Shown one piece after another: positions 45,463 through 58,000 of a stretch of 64,000 nucleotides of DNA; positions within the stretch are counted from its first letter, which is position 1, and each line of letters opens with the position of its first letter. The DNA comes from Klebsormidium nitens (lineage: Eukaryota; Plantae; Klebsormidiophyceae): assembly GCA_000708835.1 (NCBI GenBank), contig DF236966.1, forward strand, positions 124,001 through 188,000, given 5' to 3'. A program made the position numbers and the translations under genes. Under the pieces are notes generated by a model that made no database searches, was not told the DNA's origin, and saw only the letters and a list, made by a program, of their open reading frames with translations.

Positions 45463-48400
45463 ATGGGCCGGCTGTCAACTCATAAGCCGGTGGAAGCTCC
45501 TGATGTAATCAGCCCTCGCTTGGTGGACTTAGCTGTCGATAAGCAGAGAGAATGGGAGGCAGCAGAGGGGGGGAGCGAAGGCGGAGCAGAGGAGGCGGGA
45601 AGTCCCGTGGAAGAGTATGAGGAAGAAGACGATGAGCAACAAGAGGGGGACGGAGAAGAATATCTGGTCGATGGCGGAGAGGAATATGAGGAAGGATATG
45701 AAGAGGAAGAGAATGAGCAGATGAGCGGAGACGGAGCTGGAGAGTTTGAAGAAGGTGGAGAGGGTGAGGGGGGGTACGAGGAGCAGAATGCGGACGGCGA
45801 GTTTGCGGCAGCGGAGAGAGAGGCGGCTGGGGGGGTGGAGGAGAGGGAAGCTGGGGGAGCTGGCAGGTATCAGCGGGGGGGGGGGAGTGAAGGAGAAAGC
45901 GAGGGGGAGGAGTATGTTGAGGGAGTGGAGGGTAAGTATGAAGAAGGTGGGGAGTATCAAGAGGAAGAGGCGGAAGAATTCCAAGCGGAAGATCTTCAAG
46001 AGGACGGAGCGGAAGGGTATCAAGAAGGGGAACCAGAGGAGTATCAAGAAGAAGGCACGGAGTATCAGGAAGAAGGGGGCGAGTTGCAGGAGGAAAGTGA
46101 AGAGAAGCAAGGAGAAGGCGGAGCAAATCAAGAAGAAGGAGGCGAGTATCAAGAAGAAGAGGGCGACTTCCAAGAAGAAGGAGGCAAGTATCAAGAAGAA
46201 GCAGGCGAGGATTATCAAGGGGAAGGCGGAGAGGGCTACGCTCAGGAAGGGGGGGAGGAGTCGCAGGAAGAAGAGGGCGGAGAGTACGAGGAAGAAGCAG
46301 AAGGAGAGTACGAAGATCAAGCAGGCGAAGGGTACCAAGAGCGAGAAGCTGTGGAGAACCAAGAAGAGAAAGGTGCTGAGGGAAAGTATGAAGAAGGAGG
46401 GGAAGAATATATAGAGGGGGGGGGGCAATACGAAGGGGAAGGGGAGGGTTTTGAGGGGGAGCCGCAGCAGCTCGAGGGGGAGCAAGAGGAATATTACGAG
46501 GAAGGGGGGGAGGCTGGTGAGACCGAAGAAGCCCAAGCTGGAGGGGACGAATACAACGAGGACGGGGAGAATGTCGAGGAGGGTGAAAATGCGGATGATG
46601 AGGGGGAAGAGGTTGACGAACTGGCCGAAGGTCAAGAGGAGGGGGCCTATGCGGACGAAGAAGCTTATGCGGAAGGGGAGGAAAATATGGTGGGTGAAGA
46701 GGGCGGTGAAAAAGTGGAGTATGCTGAGGGAGAGGAAGCCTATGCTGAAGGGGGGGAGGAATTGCTGACCGAAGAGGGGGGCGAAGCAGCAGAGTATGCT
46801 GAGGGGGAGGAAGGATCTGCTGAAGAAGTTGAGGGAGAAGAGGGGATGGAAGAGTACGCGGAGGGAGAAGAAAGGGACCGGTTTGAAGAGCTATTAGAGG
46901 GAGACGTTGGACCGGAAGAGTGTGCGGAAGGGGAAGAGGAAGTTGAAGCGCAAGTGTACCCAGAGCAAGGGGCTGAAGGGGTTCAGGTGACAGCCGAAGA
47001 AGATGAGGAGGTTGATGTAGAAGAGGAGCAAGGAGAGGAGGCTCAAGCAGGGGCTGAGGAGTTTGAAAACGAAGCTGTCGGAGAGTTTGAGGCAGAGTAT
47101 GCCGTCGAGGAAGGTGAAGAAGCACAGAATGAAGAAGCTGGTGGCGAACTCGAAGAGGAGGGGGAAGGAGGGCCTGAATTCGAAGTTGCAGAAGGAGAAG
47201 GCGAACTAGATGGGGGTGCTGAATATGAAGTTGCAGACGGAGTAGGGCAGGAGCTAGAGGGGGGGGCTGATTATGCTGTGGACGAGGGGGGGGGAGAGGA
47301 AGATGAGGAGCAGAAGTTCAGCTTCCAAGTAGGAGGTGAAGAAACCGCTGGAGGCGACATAGCTGTGGTTGAAGTAACTAAAGGCCAGCAGTATGAGGAA
47401 GAAGAGTACTACGCAGAGGACGAAGGTACGCAGGAAATCGGCTCGGGGACTGTCAGGATTGAAGAATATGACGGAACAGACGAGGGGTCTTCTGAGCAGC
47501 GGGCAGGTGTGATTGTTTACGAGGTTACGGAGGCCGACGGTCAAGAGGAAATTGAATTCTTGGCAGAGACTTCTGAGGAACAGGGAGGGTTAGGGGAGAT
47601 TGAGGCAAGGGTTGAGGAAGTCGAGGGGGACGCTTATGAGGGCGAGCAGCAGGCCGCTTATGACAAGCAGACGGCAGCAAGTGAACTCAGGGATCGGTTC
47701 TTGTCAAAGGACTCCACACAGCAATCCAGCAGTTCTGTAAGGGAGAAGACAGGAGCGCACTCAGGGAACAACTTCTCATCGGTTTCCTCTGACCGCCTAA
47801 AAGCCGTGTCGATCGAGGAGGCCGCAGGCCGCACGGTGCTTTCTCGCAGTCTAGTTGATACAGACGACGAGAGTGAGCTGGTGCGCGAGCGCCAGTCCGT
47901 AACTCAGAGCATGGAGGTGCGGATGAGCCCCCGGGAGAGTATTAACACCCCGGTGGGCCTCAGCCCCAAGAACAGTGTTGCGGGCCCCGGTGTGAAGGGC
48001 CTCCCGATGCCCGAGGACGAAGTGTCGGCGCGGCTGCTTGCGAAGAGCGCCCGGGTTAGCTCAACCCGGTTAAGCGCAACCGGGGTAAGCTCAACTGGGC
48101 GCAAACGGAGCGTCACGGACGGGTCAAAAGCGGCCGGGTCAAGCCGCCGGTCAAGTAGCGCAGGCGGCGAGAAGACCCCTGCGGGTGATATCACCCCCAT
48201 GGTTAACGCGAACCTGGTTCAGAAGCAAGTTCCTCGCGCTTGGGAAGAGCCTGGCAGAGCAGCGGAGTCCGCCGGGAGCGAGTGGAAAACTGGTGAAGCT
48301 GAGCGGGACCAGCGTATGGAGGAACTAGAGCGCCGGCTTCGGGAGGTGACGGAGCGGGAGCAAAGTGCGGCGCAGGACAGGGTGGCGACCGTGGCACTGC

Positions 48401-51400
48401 TGCAGCAGACTGAAGGTGGTCGCCCGCGAAACATCTTCCTGCTTAAGACGCGTTCATGACCTTTTGGACTTTTCGGCTGCTTCTTCAGTTTCTTTGGTGC
48501 CAGGGAAGGTGAATTTTCTTGAAAACAATGCGAACCATTCTCGTGTCGAGTGCAAAAAGGCTCAAAGGGAGTCCCGTTCATTCCAAGCGTCGTCTTCGAT
48601 CTTCAACAGAGGTTTCTGAGACTGGCGGCGTCGAGCGCTGCTTTCAGAAGTCAGCGAAAGTAGCGAGCCACCTGCTTGCAACTGTGACGTCATTTGACCC
48701 GAATCCGATCCTTCTCGACCTCATGCAGGATCCTGACACAGTACTCCTGAGTCGATTTGTACGGCGGAGCTGGGCTCGACAGCGGGCCACCTGGCAGAAA
48801 GGGCCTTCCAACATATTCTCCATAACCTATTTCTTCTGTCGAATTCCAAGCCCTCAGACCCTTCAAGAAGATCTTGCAGACGAGCTTGCCTCCACGACTT
48901 TCCTAGAGAAACCTCAACGCGCGCGTTTTCCTTTGACCACTTTCTCCATTTCCCAACCTTCATCATTCACATTGTTTGACCGGGTTCTTTTCGAACGACG
49001 AGCGCTCTTAACCCAAAAGCCTTGACCCGTTTCCGCAGCAGAGCTCGAAAACACGACGGCCCACTTGACGGGGCTGGCGCGCGAGCGCGCGCGCTTCCAG
49101 TGTTTCCCACAACATCTGAACACGTTTTACATTTACGTAAAGTCAGGAAGCGCTCCTGACCCCAGATTATCAACCTTATTTTCTGGCAGACGAGCTCGCG
49201 TCCACGGCGGCCCACTTGGCGATATCGCAACGCGCGTGTTCGTTTTGAGCCGTTCGCCAACTTTCGCACTCGTTACCACAGCACCAGAAGCGCTCTAACC
49301 CAAAACTCTTCACGATTTTCGCAGACGAGCTCGCGTCCACGGCGGCCCACTTGAGCGGACCTGGCGCGTGAGCGCGCCCGCCTCCAGCCTTTCCCGTACA
49401 ATTATGAGAAACCAGAAGCGCTCCTAACCAGATTTCTTGACCCGTTTTCCGCAGACGAGCTCCCTTCCACGACGGCCCACTTGGCGGACGTGGCGCGCGA
49501 GCGCGCGCGCTTCCTCTTTTTTCTACAATATCTGACCACGTTTCAAATCTTATGTAAAACTAGAAGCGCTCCCAAACCCAGATTCTCAACCTTACCTACT
49601 GCAGACGAGCTCGCGTCCACGGCAGCCCACCTGGCGGAGCTGGCGCGCGAGCGCGCGCGCTCCCGACCAGTTTCACAAATTGTGACCAAGTTCGTTCAAA
49701 GGGAGACGCATTTGAACCGGTAAATTCGACCCGTTCTTGCAGATGAGCTTGCGTCCACTGCGGCGCACTTGGCGGAGCTGGCACGCGAGCGCGCGCGCTT
49801 CCAGCAGGAGCAGTACGGCGAGATGTGGCCCATCGTGTACAGCAAGGTCAAGCACCTCGCCGAGACCGCGCGCGCGTGGCTGCACGAAACGGGGCCGCGC
49901 AAGGTGAGAAAACCCCAGGAACTGCTCGGAGTATAGGGTTCGAAAGAGGGACTTTAGATCCGCGTCTAGACCGTCAATTTGTAAAGTTAGGATTCGTTGC
50001 AGATGTGTACAGCAGAGTGAATGACCTGGCGAAGGCCGCAAGCTGGGGGCGGCATGAAAGGAGGACGCGCAAGGTGGGCATGAATACGTGATTCCTACGT
50101 CATTCACAAACGGGAATCCGAGGAAGACGAGGCTTGGGGCAGCTACATCAGAGTCGGTATGCGGATCCTGGATTTGGGCTGGACGGTCGGATCTGGTAAG
50201 GAAATGGGAGATCAGATCGTTCGTATTCACGGTGTCGAAGGTCGTGAGAGCGTCGAAGCCGCGTAGATTGAGCGTCAGCAGAAAACTAGAGTCTGCAACG
50301 AGGGGGGATCCAGATTTTGAGAACCAGTCAAAGAGGTTTCGATTACCGAAGTTCCAACCCTTGGTTAATTATTCGAAGCAATTACAAGAGAGGATGGGTT
50401 TGGAAAATGGCATAGTCTTGCCGACGCAAATCCGTATACTGAAAGCGATGTCGACCGGACAAATCAAAGGGCACGTCTTTCAGCCATCTCAATTGTTCGT
50501 CCCCTTTGCAGACGGCGCAGCATCTGGAGACCGTCGAGGCGGAGCTCTTCTCGTTGCTGGCCGTGATGCACGTGAGTAATTTCCACCGCTTGCGAATCGT
50601 GTTGTTGGAACTCCTCTCCTGAAGATTGCAGAGCACAGATTGCGGATATTGAACGGCTTTATGAACTTTTTACGGGTTTGCGGAAGGCGAGAAGGTTGAA
50701 CACGCTTTGTAGAGGCTCGTTACTCGCTCTTCTGTCCATATCTATCCAGGTCAATTGCAAGGAATGTTATGCTTTGTGTAGATAAGGAGATGCGCGCACG
50801 TAGCCATGTGATTCGAATCTCTAGAGCTTGGCTTTCTTCTGTCTCGTGCACGATTCTTTGAGCTGCTTCGCTTTTTCAAGCCTCATCCTCCAAAACAGAA
50901 TTCAATTTGTCCAGACCCCGATTCAAAGCACACGCTTCTTCTCACGACAGAGCGGCCAGCCCGAATCTTGGCGAGTTTCCACCTCTCTCTATTTTCCAGC
51001 TCTTTCCAGCAGACGTCTGAACATATCACAGGGATCCTCAGACTTCGTACCTCTCTTGTCGCCACAGAGCGGCCAGCCCGACTCGTCCACGCTCAAGGAG
51101 ATCGTCCAGTCGGAGCGGCTGGGCGCGGCGCTCGACACGGAAAAGACGCGCGCGGAAAAGCTCGCGCAGCGCGCGGCGGCCGCGGAGAAGCAGCTCAAGA
51201 TGGCCGTGCGGAAGAACCGGGTCCTCGCAATAGAGAACCACCTCGCCATCCAGAAGCTTCACAGCTTAGGGGTGAGGCCCGGTTCTAGAGAAAGGAAAGA
51301 GGATACGCATTCTCGGTTGCACCGTCGTGCTTCCACTTCTTTGAGGTAGAAACTTCTTTGAAGGGGTGATTCATAGTCTGTGGAAACCACACAACGGTGA

Positions 51401-54121
51401 AGAGCGTGGAGGGACGTCTTTTGACCCGATGCAGAGAATTCTAGAGGGGCGTTTGCTCTACGTGGGGCTGTCACATTTCTTTATGGTGACAATACGCTCG
51501 AAAGGAACGACCTTGATTCCTCTTCAAAGTTGTGAGCAACGGTGCGTACTTTTGTCTCTCCTTAATGCGAAACAAGTCTGTGATGCAATGGAGATGAGTC
51601 CTCTGCTTTGGATTCATGCACAGTCGTCAAGGGTATCGCGGCTTTCCCATAGCCGCACTCTGATGCAGTTCCTTAGCACAGCATGTCTGTTCAAGTGGCT
51701 CAAAATCCCCCACTTTCAGACGCTTACGCGCCAAACGACTTCTCATGCGTCCGTTCGTTCCATTCCGTTGCGTTCAGGTTGTCTCCATTCCGCTCCAGCC
51801 GCTAGCGGCGGACATGAGCAACATCGACAGCTACGAGCCTCAGATTCCGGGTTATGATTTTACCCCTGCCTCTACCCCCGGGGAGTCGCCCCGCTTCGGC
51901 AAAGACTCCCCCGAGAGAATGGGCTTGCGCCAGAAGATCGGTCGGAACTCGCCCAGGTAAAGCACAATTTTTCTTTCCAGCAATTCTTGACGCTCTCGGC
52001 AACGCTAATATCATGGTTAGTGGATGTTACCCGCATGCCCAAAAGTGTTCGTAAATCCTGTTTGAAACACCTCGCGAGTGCAAGTTTCTCATGGACCCTG
52101 ACGTAGGCAAGTCTGTATTTGTTTAACTTTGCAGTACATGGTTCAGTACTCAAACGGAATCTGTGACTGGCTTCTGGTGAGAGTGTGTGCGATGCATGTT
52201 CTATCAGGGATCCCTAACCGGTAGATTATGACCATTGCGAGCGACAAACTTTCGAACCGTAGAAACGTTTTCGCTGTTGCAATTTGCTGAAACGAGTGAA
52301 CGTGTACAGGAATTCGGAGGGGGGGGGGGTTAATAAGTCCAATAAAGAGTGAAATTCAAAACCAAAGCTCACAGGGCCCCCCTTGCTTCCCGCCAGGTCC
52401 ACTTTCAGCCCCCTGTCGTCCCAGAGGGCGCCCCAATCACCAATGGGCCTCCGCAAAGTGCGCGCGCACACGTCGCTGACGTCATCCACCGCAAAAGCTG
52501 ACGTCAGCAGCCCGCGGAAGCGGCACTCGAACCCCAGCGACAAGAGCACCCATCTTGTGGCTGAGTCGGTCGCCCTCTCGAACGGTTCCATATTCAAACA
52601 GGGGGAGAATGTTGCCCCTAGCCTCCCCCCCCGGGCGCGTAACAGCGCGTCGACGGAGCAGGGACACGTGTCGAGATCCGACTGGCTGGCGATCGCCAAG
52701 CAGGCGGCGCTGCTGAAAGGAGTCGTCCCGGAGAACCGGACACACACGGGGCTCCTGAGGGGGACACTTGCTAAAGACGCGGTGAGAGACCGGCTAAAGG
52801 CTTCTTTCCTTTCCCAATTAGTGAAATGACAGACAACCGGTCCTCAATGTGAGGTCAATATTCTAGTAGAGATGCACCTAACCAAGCCCTAATTAGCTTG
52901 TTCAATGAAAAGGCTTTCTTGTGATGTGAAAGGTGTTCAATTGAGATCGAGAAAAGGCTAACCAGCAAAATCACGTTCTGGAGATCGGGCTATCGCTGAC
53001 AATTGGCGGAACAGCACTACAATCTGGGTTCGCTTGCACTGAGGAACCTGTAATCCATTGCGAGTCCATTTTTGCTGCCTTTTCGCATATCTGCATACCA
53101 GCTTTGGCTTTCCGAACGCAATCCGCTCTCTTTCTACTTGACGTCCTCCGCGGTCGGCCACTTGCATAACGGTACACAGTCCAAGTTCACACTCAAATCG
53201 CAGAGCAAACACTGTCTGGCTTCTTCGTGCTTGTTCCTCCACAGAGACAACTGTGAACAAGTGATGATCCGCGGCTCTTTTCCTCATTGCCCCGTGTTTT
53301 CCTCCTCCAATCAGACCCCCGCTGAGATTGACAGCGCCGTGAAAGCGCTCAAGGCGCAGTTCGATTCGGCGGGCGTCCCGTGGCCCCTCACCAAAGTGGG
53401 CGACCGCGCCTATCGACTGGGCGCCAAAAAGCTCGCGCTCAAACTGACGGCGGGCAGACTCATGGGTGAGCCGTCGCTCTTCTTTTCTATTTGCGCGGGG
53501 CCTGTAACATGAGAGGGAACTGATTGTATGGAAACTGAGCAAAATTGGTTGGGGTGTACAAGAAAAAAATGGTTTCAGCGTTAAGAGTCTTAGGGTTTTA
53601 GGTTGACGAAGAGACACGTCCGTCAGCATTGGGGCCTTACGAACGATCAAAGGAAACGACTCTACGGATCCGACACGCATCCGCGTACTCATTGTCTATT
53701 TGGGAAGAGGACGAGCAAGAGTTGATTCAGTACATAGAAGACGCAGACTCTTCGTCTCCTGAACATCGTTTCCGGAGACTTGCGACCTGCACTTATATCT
53801 GGAGGTGCGCTTCGTCAAAGCCGCAGATGTGCAGTTTCAAAACCGGCCACTAATCGGCTTTGTCACAATCTTCCTATGGGGTGTTCAGTCTTCCTCTGCA
53901 TTTTCATAACAGCTGTTCTTCGGATTGTTGGCAGATAGGATCCCAAATGCTTCTATTCTTCCCCGTACTCTGTCGACTAAAGTAACTTTGCCGCCTGATT
54001 TCTTCCTCTAGCAGGCCGAGTCTAACAACCATCCGTCGTCAATCGTGCAGTACGGATTGGAGGCGGAGCCGAGAACATCCTCGACACGATTGAAAAGACG
54101 GCACTCAGTGCGGCCGCCTGA
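45463..54121 (+). CDS. Large Glu/Gly-rich acidic protein with coiled-coil core and C-terminal GAR/GAS2-like motif
   Basis: Exons 45463-48415, 49743-49903, 50512-50571, 51068-51271, 51799-51956, 52397-52781, 53315-53465, 54051-54121 join in frame. The C-terminus reads WPLTKVGDRAYRLGAKKLALKLTAGRLM|VRIGGGAENILDTIEK, resembling the GAR core 'MVRVGGGW'. Confidence 0.75.
45560..47660 (+). repeat. Coding low-complexity acidic repeat region
   Basis: About 700 codons dominated by GAA/GAG/GGN. Imperfect EEGG(E/K)YQEE units at ~45940-46350 and YAEGEE units at ~46640-46930. Strong purine bias on +. Confidence 0.9.
48870..49742 (+). repeat. Tandem array of 6 degenerate copies of the acceptor plus first ~60 nt of the 49743 exon (period 130-159 bp)
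   Basis: gcag|acgagctcgcgtccacggcggcccacttggcggagctggcgcgcgagcgcgcgcgcttcc-like units have exon-start equivalents at 48880, 49039, 49190, 49325, 49455 and 49605. The real start is 49743. Confidence 0.95.
50947..50964 (+). repeat. Single echo of the 51068 acceptor
   Basis: The 18-nt sequence acag|agcggccagcccga is identical at 50947-50964 and 51064-51081, 117 bp apart. Confidence 0.85.
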
Positions 54122-55080
54122 GGCATCCATTATTGACAGCCACGTCCGCAAGCAATCTACACTGATTTAAGAAGTACTAGGCAAGAAGACAACCCCCCTC
54201 GATTGGAGGCGGCCAGGCATTCTGGCTCAGCCCGAGAGATTTGCAATTGAGGAGGGCCATACACAAACAGTAGGGAGAGCACACCATTTTTGCATGTAAG
54301 CTCGAGGACCCATCTAACAGCCTCGCCCTTTCGCGCAACGCGCGCGGCACGAAAGTGGTCGGGTAGAATACACAGTTCAATCTGAGACCCGCAGATCTTC
54401 GCATGAGCCTAGCTCGAATACAATGGCCATGGCTGTACAGGATTGCACCTGGCCCAGTATCATTTCGCGACAGAAGTACGGTTAGTATTCTCGTGGGCAT
54501 GAGGCATTTGCGGTTCGTGCAAGAATTGCAGCAGGCGGGCCCGTTGCTTGAGTAGACTGACTTACGTGGCCAATACATGCAATCATTTGATCATGACTCT
54601 TCTAAGAGTTTGATCATGATATGAGAAGTCACTAGGTGCACTACGGCTTTAAGTATAGCATTATGCCGGAAGGTCCGGTCATTGTCGCGTGTGTATAAAG
54701 ACGCGTGGAGGCTTGTGTGGTAATCATCAATGGCCACTACGTCAGTTGGTTTTCCTAAGCAGCCACCTGAACAAATGCTTTGATCCTGGCGTATATGGCC
54801 CACTGCGTGATGTGTGGCGCGGCAATGACAAGACTTGCAAATGAACATAGTTACCATATGCTCGTCCCTGATAAGGCGTGCCAGACGATATTCACTTGAT
54901 TTAGCGAGTCTGCGTCTGAAGTATCCGCATTTTCAACTGCTTGCGTAAATCAATCATCGTTCGTGGAGGAGATCAGGCGGGAGATAGATCGGGATGACGG
55001 GATGACCGATCCCGTTGCAGGGCCTGGGAACCCAATGTGACAAGAAGGGCCGGATCAATGAAGATCTTGGCAGGCTACTG

Positions 55081-58000
55081 TCAACCTAAGCTAAGGGCAG
55101 TCTCCAACGAATCCAGGGCCATCGACCTGATCCGTTCGGCCACCGCCTTGACCATGGGAAGCTGCAGCTTCTTGCGAAGCTCCAGGGCCGCGTGCCTCTG
55201 CTCTAGTTCCCAGATCCTCTCTGCCCGACCTAGTTTCTCGGCAGAACTCGGTCCCGAGTGAAACCCCATTCCGCCTAACTCTAACGTGCTCTTATTTGGA
55301 TCAACCGCTTTCCTTAACGCGTCTAACGACTTCGAACATTCTGACGACTGGGCTTTTAGGTCGTCGAAATCGCGCAGCACCGCCTCCATCCACGTCACCT
55401 CTTGGGCGATCACCCGGGCGTTTGACGTCAGCCCACCGACTGGGACGATCGCCCCCGGCAGAACTGGTCGGGTGTCCTCCGGCTTCACAGCCCTCGAGAA
55501 AAGATCCTCAGGGCCACGCTCCTGAGCGTTTATCCCGCGAGCATTTACCTCCCCCAAAATGTTCACATTTCTCCGGAAAGGTCTCCCGGACAACACCTCC
55601 GTAGCAGATGTCCCCCCATCGACTCTTCCAGTTACTTTCGACTCCACTTCTCCAGATGCGCCCAGCACCAATTGCCGGCTTACTGCAACCCTGCGATAAG
55701 TCTCGTGCGCCGAAGGTCCCTCGGGGAGCGGGCCAGGGTCCGTTCCTCCAGGCCGGACAAACTCAGGCGTCCGCATCTCCTCCCGCCCGTCCGAAGCGCC
55801 ACCACCGCCCGGAGGAAAGCTCTCGGCTCGCGTAGCCTGAGAGCTCGCCGGTGTGTGGTCGGTCGGGGAGAACGATACCCGAGGAACCGAACTCTTGGAA
55901 CCTGCTCCACTTTCTGATTTCCCACCAAAACCCGGTCGGTTGCGCCCGATCTCAGAGTCGAGTAAGACCGTTTCTTCAGCACCAGTCCGCTGACGACGGT
56001 CCAAAGCTGGTCTCTCCGCTTCCGACCCGATCCTCACGGTGTCAGCAGCGGTTGCGCTGTACACGCCAGCTGGCGCCCGCAACTTGCCAGCTGTCAGCAA
56101 GTGATTGGGCCTCCGTGGAGGGGGACGGCTGTGGGCCCTGGCCCAGGGGGGCAGCGCGTCGAGAACGCTGGCGCCAGAGGCGATCGAAGCGGTGATCCGT
56201 TCGACGACGGACGAAACAGGGCCCGTCCCTCGGGCGCTGACAGAAGCTGAGGCCGGTTCGGCCGTTCTTTCTGCGGGCGGCACGTTGAGAGGCGGCGATG
56301 CCACTGTCACGGGGGGATCGCTTTTGACAGCGAAGACTGCCTTCGCTGGAGTCTGAGCGACCTCACGCAAGTGTGCTAAAGTGGCGCTGGCTGCGAGAGC
56401 TTCTTTTTGTACCGCTGGAGCTGTCGTCATGCTGACGTCACCCCGCCTCAGCCCCATGCCCCCACCGAAAGGCCCCGTTTTGGGCAGGCTCCTCCACCCG
56501 GCGCTGACGTTCCGGGCCGCCCAGCCGTCCAACAGGGCCCGGTGGCGGGACCCCTCCCGCTCGGCCCTCCGCATGCGCGCCAAGTGGCGCCACCTCCTCG
56601 CATACGGCGCCACACGTGCGAGCTGCGCGATTGACGTCAGCGCCTGCTTCTCCAGCGCAATCTGCAGCCGCAGCTGCTGACGTCGGCGGGTTTTCGCGAG
56701 CCAGTGGGAGGCCACCACGTGAACCAGGCGCGATTGGTACAGACGGTCTGCTGACGTCGTGGCAGCAGACTTGGCCCTCCGCTCCACTAAGTAGGAAGTC
56801 CAAGCCTGCATGGACGTAGCGAACGAACGGTTCAGGGACGCGGATCACATGCGGTTGACGAGTGTCTCCCGGCATCGTCCTATCATCTGACGTCTCGCAT
56901 TGTCCTGTCGTCTTTGGACATGCCAGATGAGCAAAGCTCCATAATACTCCCTCCAGCTGACAACGCTCGGTTTGCAGCGTGCTCTCATTGACCAATGCGA
57001 ATGGTGAACGCGTAAGTTGGTAACGCCGGTCACCAATTCGGATCAAATACCCTGATTCCGCACATCTGAGAAATAGATCCACATAATTGTTTGCAGGAAG
57101 TGAAGGTAGAGCGTTCTATTTTTCCTGTCGACTTGGACCCTCGTCATGGGATATCCGCCGTGACATTTGATTGAGAACGACCAAGACAAGTGTATCGCCC
57201 ACCTGAAAGGCCAGCCTCTGCATCCTCCTGCTCCACACCCGCAACGCCCACGCCTGCCTCTCCTTCTTCCTTCTCTGCACCCCCACGAACTCTCTCCACG
57301 CCGCAACCGCCCGCCTCTCCAACAGCTTTCCGCTCAGCTGTTCCGCCCGCTGCCACGCGTTCCGTTTCCGTTTCTGCTCGACCAGCCACGCCCTCCAGAC
57401 CGCCAGACCCCGCCGCTCGTACACCTCCCGGTAGTGCCCCCGCGCGCGTGCTGACGTCAGTTTTCGCACCAGCCTCCGATCGTGCTGCTCAATCCACGCT
57501 GCAAATACCCGTGCCGCGACCAAACCTCCGAGTTCCCGCCTTGAAGCCCGGACCCGTTTCTCTTCCGCTGTCCGTTTTCCGCGCCAGAAAGCCAGCCGCT
57601 CTTTCCACGCCCGGAGCGCCCGACCGAGCAGAACCCCCTCGTGATGCACCGCCGCTCTCCGGACGGCTTCGCTTTTCAGCGCCCACTTCGCAGTCCGCAC
57701 TCGCCACACCTCTAGAGAGACCCGTTCCAGGCGCGTATTCCTGAATGCCTCCGCGCAACTATAAGCTTCCCGCTTCGCGGCCGCTTGCGACAGGGCCTCT
57801 CGCCAGTGTACGCAGAGCATTCTGCGCAGGAGCTGTTTCCGGTAGGCCTCGTCTGCGCTGCGCTTCAACTGTTCTTTCCGTCGCCGTTTTGCAACGTGAG
57901 CGGCGAGAGCGGCAAAGGCCTTGCGAAATAGTTTGGAGCGGAGGAAGTGGGCGGCTTTTCGGTTCTGGTGTCGGGAGTGCCGCTGAGAGGCGACGTAGAG

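Noticed and set aside
45509-47125. Long antisense and alternate-frame ORFs (538, 368, 222 aa) over the acidic exon
   Set aside because: Shadows of a purine-rich low-complexity coding strand that lacks stop codons in other frames.
53590-53604. ttagggttttagg telomere-like motif; also single CCCTAAA units at ~10409 and ~41234
   Set aside because: Only one or two units, expected by chance.
54985-55016. gatcgggatgacgggatgaccgatcccg hairpin or 8-bp tandem between convergent 3' ends
   Set aside because: The stem is only 6 bp; no support as a functional structure.
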